A DNA stretch of 64,000 nucleotides from Felis catus (lineage: Eukaryota): positions 127,784,001 through 127,848,000 of the forward strand of contig NC_058368.1 in NCBI RefSeq assembly GCF_018350175.1, given 5' to 3'. This document shows, in pieces, positions 52,763-64,000 of the stretch. Below the pieces are notes generated by a model. That model saw only the letters and a program-made list of their open reading frames with translations. It had not been told where the DNA came from and made no database searches. Within the stretch, counting starts at the first letter, position 1. Each line of letters opens with the position of its first letter. The position numbers were made by a program, and so were the translations under genes.

Positions 52763-53060
52763 GGATGGTGAAATTTATATAGCAACTTGACTAGGTCACA
52801 TTACCCTGAGTATTTGGTCAAACACATCTGGATGTTTCTTTGAAGGTATTTTTAGATGAGATTAACATTTCATCAGCAGACTTTGAGTAAAATTGATTAT
52901 CCTCCATAACTGGATGGGACCCATCCAATTAGCTGAAGGCCTATAAGAAAAAAGTAAAAAGAAAAAGAAGACTGATGTCTCCGAAGGAAAAGGGAATTCT
53001 TCCAACAGTCTGTCTTCAGACTCAAGAGGTAATACCAACTCCTTCCTGGGTCTTCAGCCA
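52763..53060 (+). mobile_element. MLT2 (ERV-L) LTR fragment
   Basis: CAACTTGACTAGG...TATTTGGTCAAACAC...GGTATTTTTAGATGAGATTAACATTT...CATCCAATTAGCTGAAGGCC. Confidence 0.85.
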
Positions 53061-55039
53061 GGTAAATAAAACATCTCCTTTTCTCCAGCCACTCACTCTC
53101 CCATCCTGGGCAGGGCAGTCCAAGGGCAACCTGTAATTTGCAGTTTGCCAACTTCCAATCAGTGAAAGCACAATTTTATTCAAACCAATTATCTGGGATC
53201 ATATTTAATTCTATATAACAATCATTTGGGGATTTTTAATAGGTAGACCAGTTATGTGGTCATCTTACAGTACTGGCCTTCATTTAAAGGCCTATTTTTA
53301 AAAATGCTAAAGAGGGCTAAACCCAGACAAAGATACTAGGGGAAAAGGAGGCTCAGCCCTCTTACACAATAATCCATTGGCTCCTAAAGTACCCAAGTCA
53401 CAGTGAATTCAGGAATGGAATCATTGGAATGCAAGACAGGCTGCCACAGGTGTCACTGAGCCACTCAATGACATGCAACAAGAATAATTGGACACAGATT
53501 TACAGCCCAAGAGAACAGTACTGGTGAATGGGCACAACCACAGAACCCTTTGAAAATCTAAGAATAATGAGGTCAATTAAATCCTGCCTATCTGTGTTCG
53601 GAGAAAATGTCACACTGTAGCTACCTTGAGACCCAGGCTCAAGGTACAGGCAGTACCACAAGATGTGACAAACAACACGAGTAGATGCAGACTGCTGTGC
53701 AAAGCTGCTCAGAATAAAAATTCAGTGTAATTTTGAGCATGTGATCCATCTGTCAATGCAGAAAAATAACACATTTGAGAGTATATTTATGTGAATAGTA
53801 AAAAAACTTGTACTCATTAGCACACTGAATAAAAGGCTGAAGTCAAATTTCAAGTCAATTTCTGGAGCTCTGTGATAGATACAAGAGTACTAAATGCACA
53901 AGGCATACTTGTTATTAACACTTCCGTACACCTAGACATTGCCCTTCCCCCTCCAACCCCCTCACACCTGTCCTCCAAAAAAGTAGCTGACTCTGTCTTT
54001 AATGTCTTTAATGTACTGGTAGATCATTTCAAGTTCATCATCTAGAAACATATACTAGTGGTGAATATTGAATACTTTTGTATAATAGGATCAAACATCT
54101 CTCCCCCTTTATCCTTGGAGTTGTATTAATGGCTGGTGTTTTCCAGCTGTGGTTTTGCTAAAGATTCTAGATTAGGTATCTAAAGTCTAGATACAATAGC
54201 TTGAAAAGTCATTATGGGACTGGCCCTGGCAGCTTCATTTCCCCTTAAAAAAGTTCTTTTTCCAAGGCCAAGTTAACCTAGAAGATGGAATAAAACAATT
54301 CTTGAGACAGACTCCTCTGCTATCTCCACACCTCCTAGGTTCTGCCTAATCTCTGAAAAGCAATAAAAGTCACTGTGTTTATTGAATTCCTGTAACATGA
54401 TAAATACTGCAAATAGGAGAAATGGGAAATTAACTGAAGATACGGAGATTGCCTAGACTCATGAATTTTATAATCTTTTAAATAAGGTCTTAAAAGTCCT
54501 TCTTTTAATGGTAATGCACTAAAAAGTGTTCAAACCCACTATAGGTGCAACTTTCTGCCATACTTACTCTCTTATGTTAAAGACAGAGCATCCCAGCTAG
54601 GAAGTCACAGTGACTTATTATACCCCAACACACTCCTTCTCTTCTACTTAATGGCTGCAAAGATGACAGCATCCACCATAAATGTGTTTCTTTACGTGTG
54701 CTGCCCCCCCATTGCTATTTGGTAATTACTGATTTCCTCCCCAAGTGACTCTCTATCACATATCACACAGTGATTATTCCAACTTAATACATTTTCCTTA
54801 GGCTTCGCTTCTGTTTCCCTAGTCCTCTAGCTAGTAAGATATTTCTTTCTGTCTCTGGTGGAAGCCATTATATTGCCATACCTTCCCTTTTGAATTTCAA
54901 AAATACTTTCTCTTCATGTATCCTCATCTCATTCCTTCCCTCTGATGCTGATTCCTCAGTGCACCTGTAATATGATTCTGACCCATGACCAGCTCAGAAA
55001 CATTAACAGTCCATTGAATGTCCCTTTCTCTCTAGCACA

Positions 55040-55230
55040 GAGTGGCAGTATGATGAAGTAGTTAAGATCAAGTGTCTGGAGCTAAACCATCTGGTTTTAA
55101 ATCCTGACACCATTGCCTGTTTCCATGACTGGGCAAGTTATGGAACCTCCTTGTGCCTTAGTCTCCTCACCCCAACATGAATAATAGAAGTACATAGTAA
55201 GTAGTCAATAATGTTAACTATTACTACCTT
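55040..55230 (+). mobile_element. MIR SINE
   Basis: GTAGTTAAGA..CTGGAGC...TTAAATCCTGAC...CTGGGCAAGTTA...TGTGCCTTAGTCTCCTCA. Confidence 0.75.
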
Positions 55231-57069
55231 CAACTTTACTTAAAAGCCTTTCTCTACCTCATCCTTTTTCTTAATTCTTACATGTCCTTAAGCATCTGTG
55301 CTTTTTGTCTTCATTACGGCAATGCCAATCTTCTTTTGAAAGAATGGTTAATATTTATAGTTGAACTTGCTTCCTAACTCATTAACTCCTGTTAAATTCA
55401 GCTGCAGGCCAAACAACAATAATATCCTAGAACTTGAGCTTCCAAGGAATCTATTTGTTCTTATCTTTCTTCTTTTCTCCACTGACCACTGCTCCTATTT
55501 TAAACATTTCTTCGTGCTTCACCTGCATCACTCTGGATTCTCCTGATTTTCCTCTTACCTTCCAGACTTTTTTCTCTGGTTTTCTGATTCCTTCCCTCCA
55601 CTCCCAATTCAAGATACTCTCTGAGATTTGTCTCTACTCTTCCAGCATCTCTGTTTCTCATACTGGGATGCATTCCAAGGCTCTGCAGTGAGCAAAAGTA
55701 CATATAGAGCTTCAGAAAGAAAAGGTATGTTTGAACATGTTTGAACCAAATCAAGGTGAATTCATGCACTGCCATGATCACAAGTGGCATGAATATAACT
55801 CCTGACCACAGAACTGACTAGTGCTTCTCTAAACAAGGTCATTTTTTGAAAGAAAAAAAGTTTTTGTTTTTTTAAACAAACCAGTGTGTTTTCTTAATTT
55901 CATTCTAGATTAAACAAACACACACAAACACACACACAACACCAGTGGCTCCCACCAAATGATTATAGCTCCTACCACAAATCTATTTGGACAAGTGTTC
56001 TATTTACAAACATGAAACTGTGTTCAGTTAAATATCACCTTGATGTTAGTCTGAAAATACCAACATATCCAGAGATTCTGACTTTAGAAGACTAAGTGCT
56101 ACTCTTCATTTACTGCTTAAAAATATATCTCTTTTAAATTATAATTTCAGTTGGAAATACTGAGAGCTGGTCACAAACAGTAATGTTCAGACCAAAAGTT
56201 TGTAAGTAACAAAAATGCAAAAGATAACAAGGGAAATGCAGAATAATCTTGAAGCAGAGGGTGTACCACAGAGAATTTGATGGCTTAGAACATCATAGCG
56301 TAGTCCCCAACCATGACTAGGAAACTGGAAGTGAGCTGGCCACAAGTTTATAAGGTGTATTTTGATGTTTATATAAAATTTAGGTATTTAATCACTATGG
56401 AAATGAGCCTGACTTGATGGGCAGCGAGTGGAAAAATCCTGAGAAACAGCTCCATGAAAATACCTCATTGAATATATAATATTTAAGACAATTTTGGAAA
56501 TAGTTTGAAAGGTAAAAAGCAAGAGAGAAATCTTGGCTTTGAGCAATGCTTCAAAAGCACAATCAAATGGAGAAAAAATTGCTTGAGGCGTCATCAAGGT
56601 TAGCTTCAGAATCACCATGGGAGGCAGAGTTCCTGAGACAAGGGCAGTTTGGTGGAGCATCACATAGCAGGGTGGGTTGAATCTGTTTTAATTCAAAAAG
56701 AGGCAATCAAGATGACCAAGTGTATCTTCACAAGGAAAGGCATTGTTGCATAATCAAGAATCTAAAAATAAATTGCATTTTTACCTAATATTAGGGTGAA
56801 AACACAGATATGAATGATATTAACTACTTTGTTGGTCATTCACACTGATAACATAGTCTGTCAAGGCGTGTTATTTGCCAAAGTACTTGAAGGTAGAACT
56901 GGTGACAAAATTTTCAACAAAATATAACGATCTTAGCATGATACTAACTAAGAAAAAATGTTGGACTCAAATCTGTGTTAGGCAAATCTTTGAATCACTA
57001 ATATGCATCAAACACATCAAGTCCCTATTTCAGCAACAATGATTTTATTCATTCATCAAAAAATATTGA

Positions 57070-58860
57070 GGCCATCGGTCCAAGTGTTGGGGCCTGAGGT
57101 GTCCTCCCAATCCCTCCCACTCCCAGCACCTCCAGCAAGAGACCACTCATCAAGGATTTTGTCTCCTAGGCCCAAAGCTTTGATACCCAAGAGGACAAAC
57201 ACCAACATGGATGCAGTTGATGCTGAAGATCAAGTGAAACTGGAGGAAAAAACACAACTTACTAATTAATCAAGTGTTGGAATTTCAACACACTTGAAGA
57301 TATCTCTGCAAGAGTAGGGGCAGTTAAGGAAGAAAATCTGAAACTAAAATCCAAAACCAAGCTCTTGGACAATATATAGAAAAGGGATTTATATTCTTTT
57401 TGTGTTACGGAATTGTGGCTGTTCTTTTTTTTTTCTTTCAAACTTGCATAGATTAAAAAGTTATGGTACTTTTTTGTTTGTGGCTTCATTGAATATTTAT
57501 AAAGATAATGTCAAATCTATGCAAAATTAAGAGCATAACAACACTTACTAATTTGTGTATTGTGTGTTAGTCTATGAAAACATGCAAATGTATTGTAGAG
57601 AATTTATAATTATAAATGCATATATTTATGAAACTTCAAAATGAATGTCTTACCAAATTTGCTTTGATTTATAGGTTTAGCACTGTCTTTTATTAGAGGC
57701 ATGGTAAGAGATATAAGAAAATAACTACTGTGCTGCGAAGAGTGACCCAAATCACGTACTGAACACACAGTTTTATGTACCCTATCCACTATGTTGTGCC
57801 TCTTCTCCACTGGCTTCTTCCTTCCATTTCACTTCTTTTAAGGGAAAAAAATGGTTTCACATTTGTAAAAGTAATTTCAATAATTAATCAACTGTGACAG
57901 TAACCTGAGCTTGAATTGTTGAAACTTAACCAAAATAAGGTACTTTCTAAGTTAAGGCTTGTCATAGTTAGTAATAAGATACGATTGTTGTTTTCTCTTT
58001 AATCATTTGAAAACAGAAGCTATAAATTTGATGATTTTTCTTTGCAACTGAATTGCCAAACTGGGAAGGTTTGTTGTTAAAACTTCCTTTTGCACAAAAT
58101 GACCCACTTGGTATCTAAAAAGATGATCTCTAGTTATACATTTGAAATAGAAAATTTTGAGAAAAACAGTAACAGGAAGGGAAAAGTACTTGGCATACAC
58201 TAGTATCCAACCTCAAATGGTCTTACTCCAGATCTGTGTGATCTGTGGCAGAGATTAGATCTTTTGGAAAATATATATATGAAAGTAGATTTAATGTAGC
58301 TAACCCTATGTCAACTACATCTAGAAGAGAACAGTCACAAAGAGTTTAATCTCAAGGTTTGTCATACCCAGCAAATCAACTTTTGAAAAACCCCATTAGA
58401 ATGCATTAGCATCAGAATCATGAATAAGATGGGGGAGTTTTATATGCATACTGGTTGATAGTTTCTGAGTATTTTAATCTCACTACGACTCCCAGATTTC
58501 TGTAAACTTAACTACGTGGTTGTCAGAGGTTCAGTCACTTTTCGACAGTTTCTAAAAACTTAGTTTATTGATTCCATTTGGTAAGACAATTAGTTGTCAG
58601 AAGTAATGTTAAAATGTTAAATAGGAAAAGACATCCATCAGTATAGCTTTGGTTATTATATTTGGGCTACTTTTAATCATGGAACAATCTTGTTTGTATT
58701 GGTGGAAGATTCAATGAATGACTTTAACTGGATGAATATGAATTATACTGTAAGCATTCTGCATCCCTTTTGTGACCTAATTTACAAACATTTAAAATTG
58801 TGTTGCAGCTGTGCTTTGCTGTCTCATGGAAAAAAACATTTGAGGAAAAAAAGAAAAAAA
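57070..58860 (+). pseudogene. SCOC: Processed pseudogene of short coiled-coil protein (SCOC)
   Basis: Intronless DHSSRILSPRPKALIPKRTNTNMDAVDAEDQVKLEEKTQL then frameshifted NQVLEFQH/LEDISARVGAVKEENLKLKS/LGQYIE matches SCOC; premature TAA at 57267-57269; AT-rich UTR-like sequence ends in an A-rich tail at about 58846-58860 (3' boundary inferred). Confidence 0.9.
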
Positions 58861-59959
58861 TATATATATATATATGAGGTCCTACTGTGCCTACCTCTAT
58901 GCCAGATCCTGGGGATTTCACCCTGGATAAAGGAGACATAGTCTTATCCTTAGGGTATTCACATTCACAAAGACACTACTTCAAACATTTTGTTCTGTTT
59001 TGTTTTATTTTCCTCAGTTTTTCTCAGGGTGCTTAACAACTTAGTAAAACTAGATAATTTTGCAAAATACAGCATTTTTAATGTTCATTCTTTTAGATAA
59101 AATTGCAACACAATTAGAGGAGAATGAGAAAGCTTATACTACCACCTAGATGCATTCTTGCTCAAAGGAACAACAAAGAATACTACTCACAGAGTTTCCT
59201 AATTCAGCCATAAATTTATTTATTTCCATGGAAATAACAAAGCCTTTGCAATTAAAAACAAAAGCTAAGTATTATGAGTTAATTTATTTTTCATAATTCT
59301 AAGAAAATGGGTCACATGGGATTGTGTATTGAGACAATTTCCCTTCAAAGTCAGAACATTCTCATTCAACTCTTTGGAAGGTAAAAATACAGGGATGGTT
59401 TTCAGAATGAGAGAAATTATGACACGGGATAGAAGTCTGACAGTTGAATGGAGATGTCAGAATTTGAATAATTTGAGACTCACCTCATTTACATTTGACA
59501 AAAATTACAGCATCAGTCACAAAGCAAATATTTCTTCATTGAAAATGTCCTTTGTGATTATTTCCATGCGAGTGTAAAAAAAACTAACCAGTAGATCAGA
59601 GATTCTTTTTATCCCCTACTAGACCAGTAGGCAAGTGAGCCAAAAAAGCAGCGAGGAGATGAAGTCATTGAAATTTTTGGCAAGAATGGCCTGACAACAT
59701 GGCATTATCTTTTCATTTGTAATTCTGGCTTTCTCCTCCTATGGGATTCCCTGTATACAGCTCATCGTGTCTTTAAAAATGATTTTATGAGTAACCACAT
59801 GTACTTGTCAATTTATTTCCTAAGAATAAGTCAACACCAAGAAAAAAAGTACAGATAAGCTGAACTCAGCGTATGCGATTAGCTGTCTTTAATTCAGTCC
59901 AATTTGTACATGAAAGTGATGTAAATGAATAAAATTCATTGTATTCAATGAATAAAATT

Positions 59960-60605
59960 TCAGGCCTCATCTTTTGGTTATCACTTTTCCCTCAACACCT
60001 CCATGAATTCATTAGTCATTCCCTTCAGCTGTTTTTCCAGTTTTTACTTCTGGCCCCCTACAACCCATTTTCTACACAGCAGGCAGAGAAATCACTTAAA
60101 AATCTACATCAGATCATTAATCACTATGTTTAAAGTCCTCAATATATTGCTGGGGCATTTAAAACACAATCCATTTCTTGGCATGGTCTGCCAGGACACT
60201 GCTCACTCTTTTAATTCATTTTGTACCGTAATTCCCTAGCCCTCTTTTTCTTCTCCATAGTAGCTTCCTCATATCCAAAGGCCTTACCTGTATGGTATTT
60301 TGCCCAGGTCGCTTGTCCCCCACTTCTCAACTCATCTGTAGCTCTTATTTATTCAAGAGCTTCTTTGATCATATCTTCTTGTTCCCCCACCACTCTTGAT
60401 TTTATTATGTTTTGCTTCCATCATAGTTCTTATTTTCTGAACTATCCTGTGTATTCATGGAATTACTTGCCTATGATCTGTCTCCCTACACTGTAAGCTC
60501 CAAGACAGGCTTTGTTTCAATCATAGGCACATCTCCGGCGTCTGAAACGTTTTCTAGTACATGATGGGTACTCAGTAAAGCACTGTTGATTAAATAGATG
60601 AATGC
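59960..60605 (+). mobile_element. LINE-2 3' fragment
   Basis: Ends CTGTCTCCCTACACTGTAAGCTCC...GTACTCAGTAAAGCACTGTTGATTAAATAGATGAATG. Confidence 0.7.
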
Positions 60606-62671
60606 GGCAGATTCCTGCCCATCACTGAATGAATCAGGAAGAAATTAAGTGTGATTATATCATGGGGTAGAATAAACAATCTACACAATTAAAAAATAAA
60701 AATAAAACACATGATGCTAAGGAGATGTTGCACTTTGAACTAGGCCTCTAAATAACCTGGATTAAAATTTTGGTCTCCTCTGTTATTCTGCATATATTAA
60801 TAAGTTGGAAAATTCTGCGGATCTGTGCTCTGTATTCTTTCCCTGATAATATCATGTCCTCAACTGTCATTCATTCTGAGCAGAGGAATCTTAAATATTT
60901 CTCTTATTTTTCATGCTCTGTCTGCCTAAACACATCATCCTTCCTCAGAGACAGACCCTCTTTCTCTGCTCCTTATCTTGGTCAGGCTGGTATCCTTCCA
61001 GGAATTCTTTGCCTCTTTCCTTTATTTTCTGTGTTTCTTCCCCTTTCCTCAACACACACCTTGGCACAATTCTTCAAATCTGACCCTTTGTTCCTACAGC
61101 CACTACCTTGAGTCAAATGTCCCTCATTCCTTGCCTAAACTATTGTTAAATTTTTCAAAATGGTCTTCTTTAGTATAATTGTTTCCTCTCTCCAATCCAT
61201 CTGTCCCTAAATCATATTTCTATTCATTTCACTCCTCAACTCAAAATCTTCCATGGTTGCTAGTGATTGCAGAAAGTAATCCCAATCTCTGAGCATAAAA
61301 ATGAGCACACTCCATAAAATGCCCCGACAGATGTTTCTAGTTTATAATCCTCAACCACCCACTTTCCTCCCACAAATCTTAGCATTAAAAACTCTCCATG
61401 ACTCAACATTCCACAAACAGTCTCCATATTTTTGTCACCACTGATCTTTGCTCTCTATATTATCTCTATCCAGTGTGCCCTTCCCATGATCCCTGCATTC
61501 AAGGCACTGAACACAGATTGAATTTGCTGAGTAAATAAACCCCTGTCCTTCTTTCAAGGCAAGCCTATGGCAACTCCTGCGTGAAATCTCCCCCATCCCC
61601 TCCAAACAGATTACTCTCTCCTTCCCCCAAGCTTCTTTTGTACTTGATAGCTCTATTTTAGTATTTTAAGCATACTCTGCTTTCCAGTACAATTGGTTGG
61701 GTACAGATCTGTCCTTCCCAGTAAATGAAGGTTTTCTTTTGGCTAGGACAATTATTAATCCATGAAGAATTCTTCTGTAGTACAGATTAGGTTAATTGAA
61801 GGTGATTGTTGAAGTTAGGATGAGGGTAAAGTGTTTGTGGAGGTGGTGGTGAGAATTCAAGGTGGTGAGGATGAGGTGATTTGTGTGATAGTAGTGGTAT
61901 GGAAGTACCAGCATTACCCTCAGTGATATAGAAATTTCTCACACCAAGAATTACAGTTTCCACGTTTGGCTACCAGAATCCTTAATCAATCCAAGCTTAG
62001 GCACCAAGATGCTCTCATACCATAAACTGAGGTTCTATAATCATTCCAATCATCATCCATTAATATCTAAAGTGCTTGGCGGAAGCCTTCAGCAGAAATA
62101 AAGAGCAAATGATATAATTAATCCCCCTATCCTAAAGCCCTAACTATGCAGACCTCCCTTCAATAACCATGATCCAAACTATGCTCCTAGAGTATGTTAA
62201 TACCCAGGTCAGAAAAACTGAAAACCATAAATCAGATACTTGCAGCAAAACATTCATGCTTATACTCAGATGAAAAATATTTATTCACAGTGTGAGGTGT
62301 GTATAAACCAAATCTTAAACAGCTGTGTAATTTTCAAAATAAACACAGTCCATAATCATATTTTAGTTATAGATAATGTGGTATCTTAAAATTCTATGCC
62401 TTTATCAAAAATGGATATAAAATAATGTTCTGTCTCATGTTTTCATGAAAATGTAATGCACAACTCAGACTCCTTCACATTTTATTTCTGAAATGAAAAA
62501 TATTTCCTTATATTCAGAGATATGTATCTTCCTTGACATCTTCAGTGCCTCTTGAAATTTGAGGGAAGGGGTAGTGAAGATGACCATCCATGACTGAAGA
62601 AACTGCTTTATTCCATAGATACCAGAAGAAACCTTTCACTCTAACAAAGAACAATTATGAACAAAATTTTT

Positions 62672-62868
62672 AAATTTATTTTATTTTAGAGAGAGGGAGA
62701 GAAAGAGCGCAAGTGGGATAGAGGGACAGAGGGAGAGAGAGAAAATCTTAAGCAGACTCCACACTCAGTACAGAGCCCAATGCTGGACTTGATCCCACAA
62801 CCCTGGGATCATGACCTGAGCTGAAATCAAGAGTCAGATGTTCAAGGGACTGAGCTATCCAGGTCCCC
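62672..62868 (-). mobile_element. Can-SINE (older subfamily)
   Basis: GAGAGAAAATCTTAAGCAGACTCC...GATCATGACCTGAGCTGAAATCAAGAGTC...CCAGGTCCCC. Confidence 0.92.
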
Positions 62869-62889
62869 AAATTATGAACAGATTTTTTT

Positions 62890-62916
62890 AATATTTTAAA
62901 ACTTTATTTAGTTATT

Positions 62917-62970
<54 letters not shown>

Positions 62971-63135
62971 TGAGCGAGCAAGCATGCAGGAGAGGGCCAG
63001 AGAGAGAATTCCAAGCAGGCTCCTTGCTGTCAGCACAGAGCCCGATGCGGGGCTCAAACTCATGCACTGTGAGATCATGACCTGAGCCAAAACCAAGAGT
63101 CGGATGCTTAATCAACTGAGCCACCCAGGTGCCCC
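62890..63135 (-). mobile_element. Can-SINE with expanded (GA)n
   Basis: Ends GAGCCACCCAGGTGCCCC; (GA)n at about 62920-62965. Confidence 0.95.
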
Positions 63136-64000
63136 ATGAACAAAATTTCTAAATGTATTTCATGTGGCAAATAGGTCTTAGAGGAAAATTAAACATTACA
63201 GGGGCTATTTGCTTCACTTTATTTTCTCTACCCTATCAGTTCCCATCATATCCTGACATTTTAGGTAAACGGAAATAAGAGCCACAAAAACATAGTGGCC
63301 AAAAAAGTGAAAAATAAAATGGCCCAAGTCTGCAGGCTGCTGCAGAAATTCAGAACAGCAGTACTTGAGAAACCCAGGGATAAAACACATGTACATTCTT
63401 CCTCTAAATCTGTGTCTGAGTCATGGGGAAAAAAAGTTTATGTTTTTTAAATCTACCTTTTAACCTGCTGCTAAATCACTGACCTTCTAAAACTGAAGTT
63501 CCACATTTAAAAAGTATGAGGTATTTATGGTCAGAATAAACTACTCAAATACCCAACCAAATTACACCAAATCTAGATCTATCATGAGGACAGATAAAAG
63601 CAAATAGTGCGTCTTACAATAAGAGAGAAAAACTGTCCATCATTCACTACAGGTTACAATAAGTGGAATTATTTAGTTCATAGATAAAATGGTCAAACCT
63701 GATATAATTACATATATAAGAAATATTATACTATATAATATCAGGGAAGTCAAAGCAAATTATAAGAATAATAAAAATATCTTTACTTTCTAGCTATAAT
63801 CTTGAGAGGCTATAAGGAAGTATGTTATTATCAGCTGGACAGTGACAGGCATTATAAATGATCTTTTAAAGAGAGCTTTGGAAATAGAATTTTATAATTC
63901 AGGGAAATACAGTAAAGTCTTATTATAGATTAAGCTACATATAAGAAAATTGATGGCTCTGATGAAGATCGTAGCCAGGAGAACTAATGACTTACTGGAG

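Noticed and set aside
1..64000. CRISPR array, operon or other prokaryotic-type system; functional tRNA genes
   Set aside because: Sequence is mammalian intron; no regularly spaced repeat-spacer array; tRNA-like A/B boxes all belong to Can-SINE heads

Overview
Mammalian genomic DNA, AT-rich and repeat-dense. The many felid-type Can-SINEs and carnivore L1 copies point to a cat-family genome. The window lies inside the PDE4D gene on the minus strand. Its only host coding exon is a 230-bp exon (18659-18888) encoding the PDE4D7-specific N-terminal segment ASEETLHSSNEEEDPFRGMEPYLVRRLSCRNVQLPPLAFRQLEQADLKSESENIPRPTSLPLKILPLIAITSADSSG. The rest is intron: about 17 Can-SINEs, several L1 pieces, MaLR/MER21/MLT2 LTRs, MIR/L2/MER5 relics, a SCOC processed pseudogene, a 30-nt tailless U6 retrocopy and a degenerate full-length class III provirus (LTR-gag-pro-pol-env-LTR, 25361-32263). 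The most unusual signals are a strongly GC-shifted 3' LTR, a recent 373-bp non-tandem copy of proviral gag outside the provirus, an inverted SINE pair sharing a rare variant, four tandem SINE pairs with triplicated target sites, and a cluster of docking motifs in the PDE4D7 exon. No prokaryotic-type system or intact novel gene is supported. Family names come from recognition of consensus sequences, not database searches, and boundaries of old repeats are approximate.
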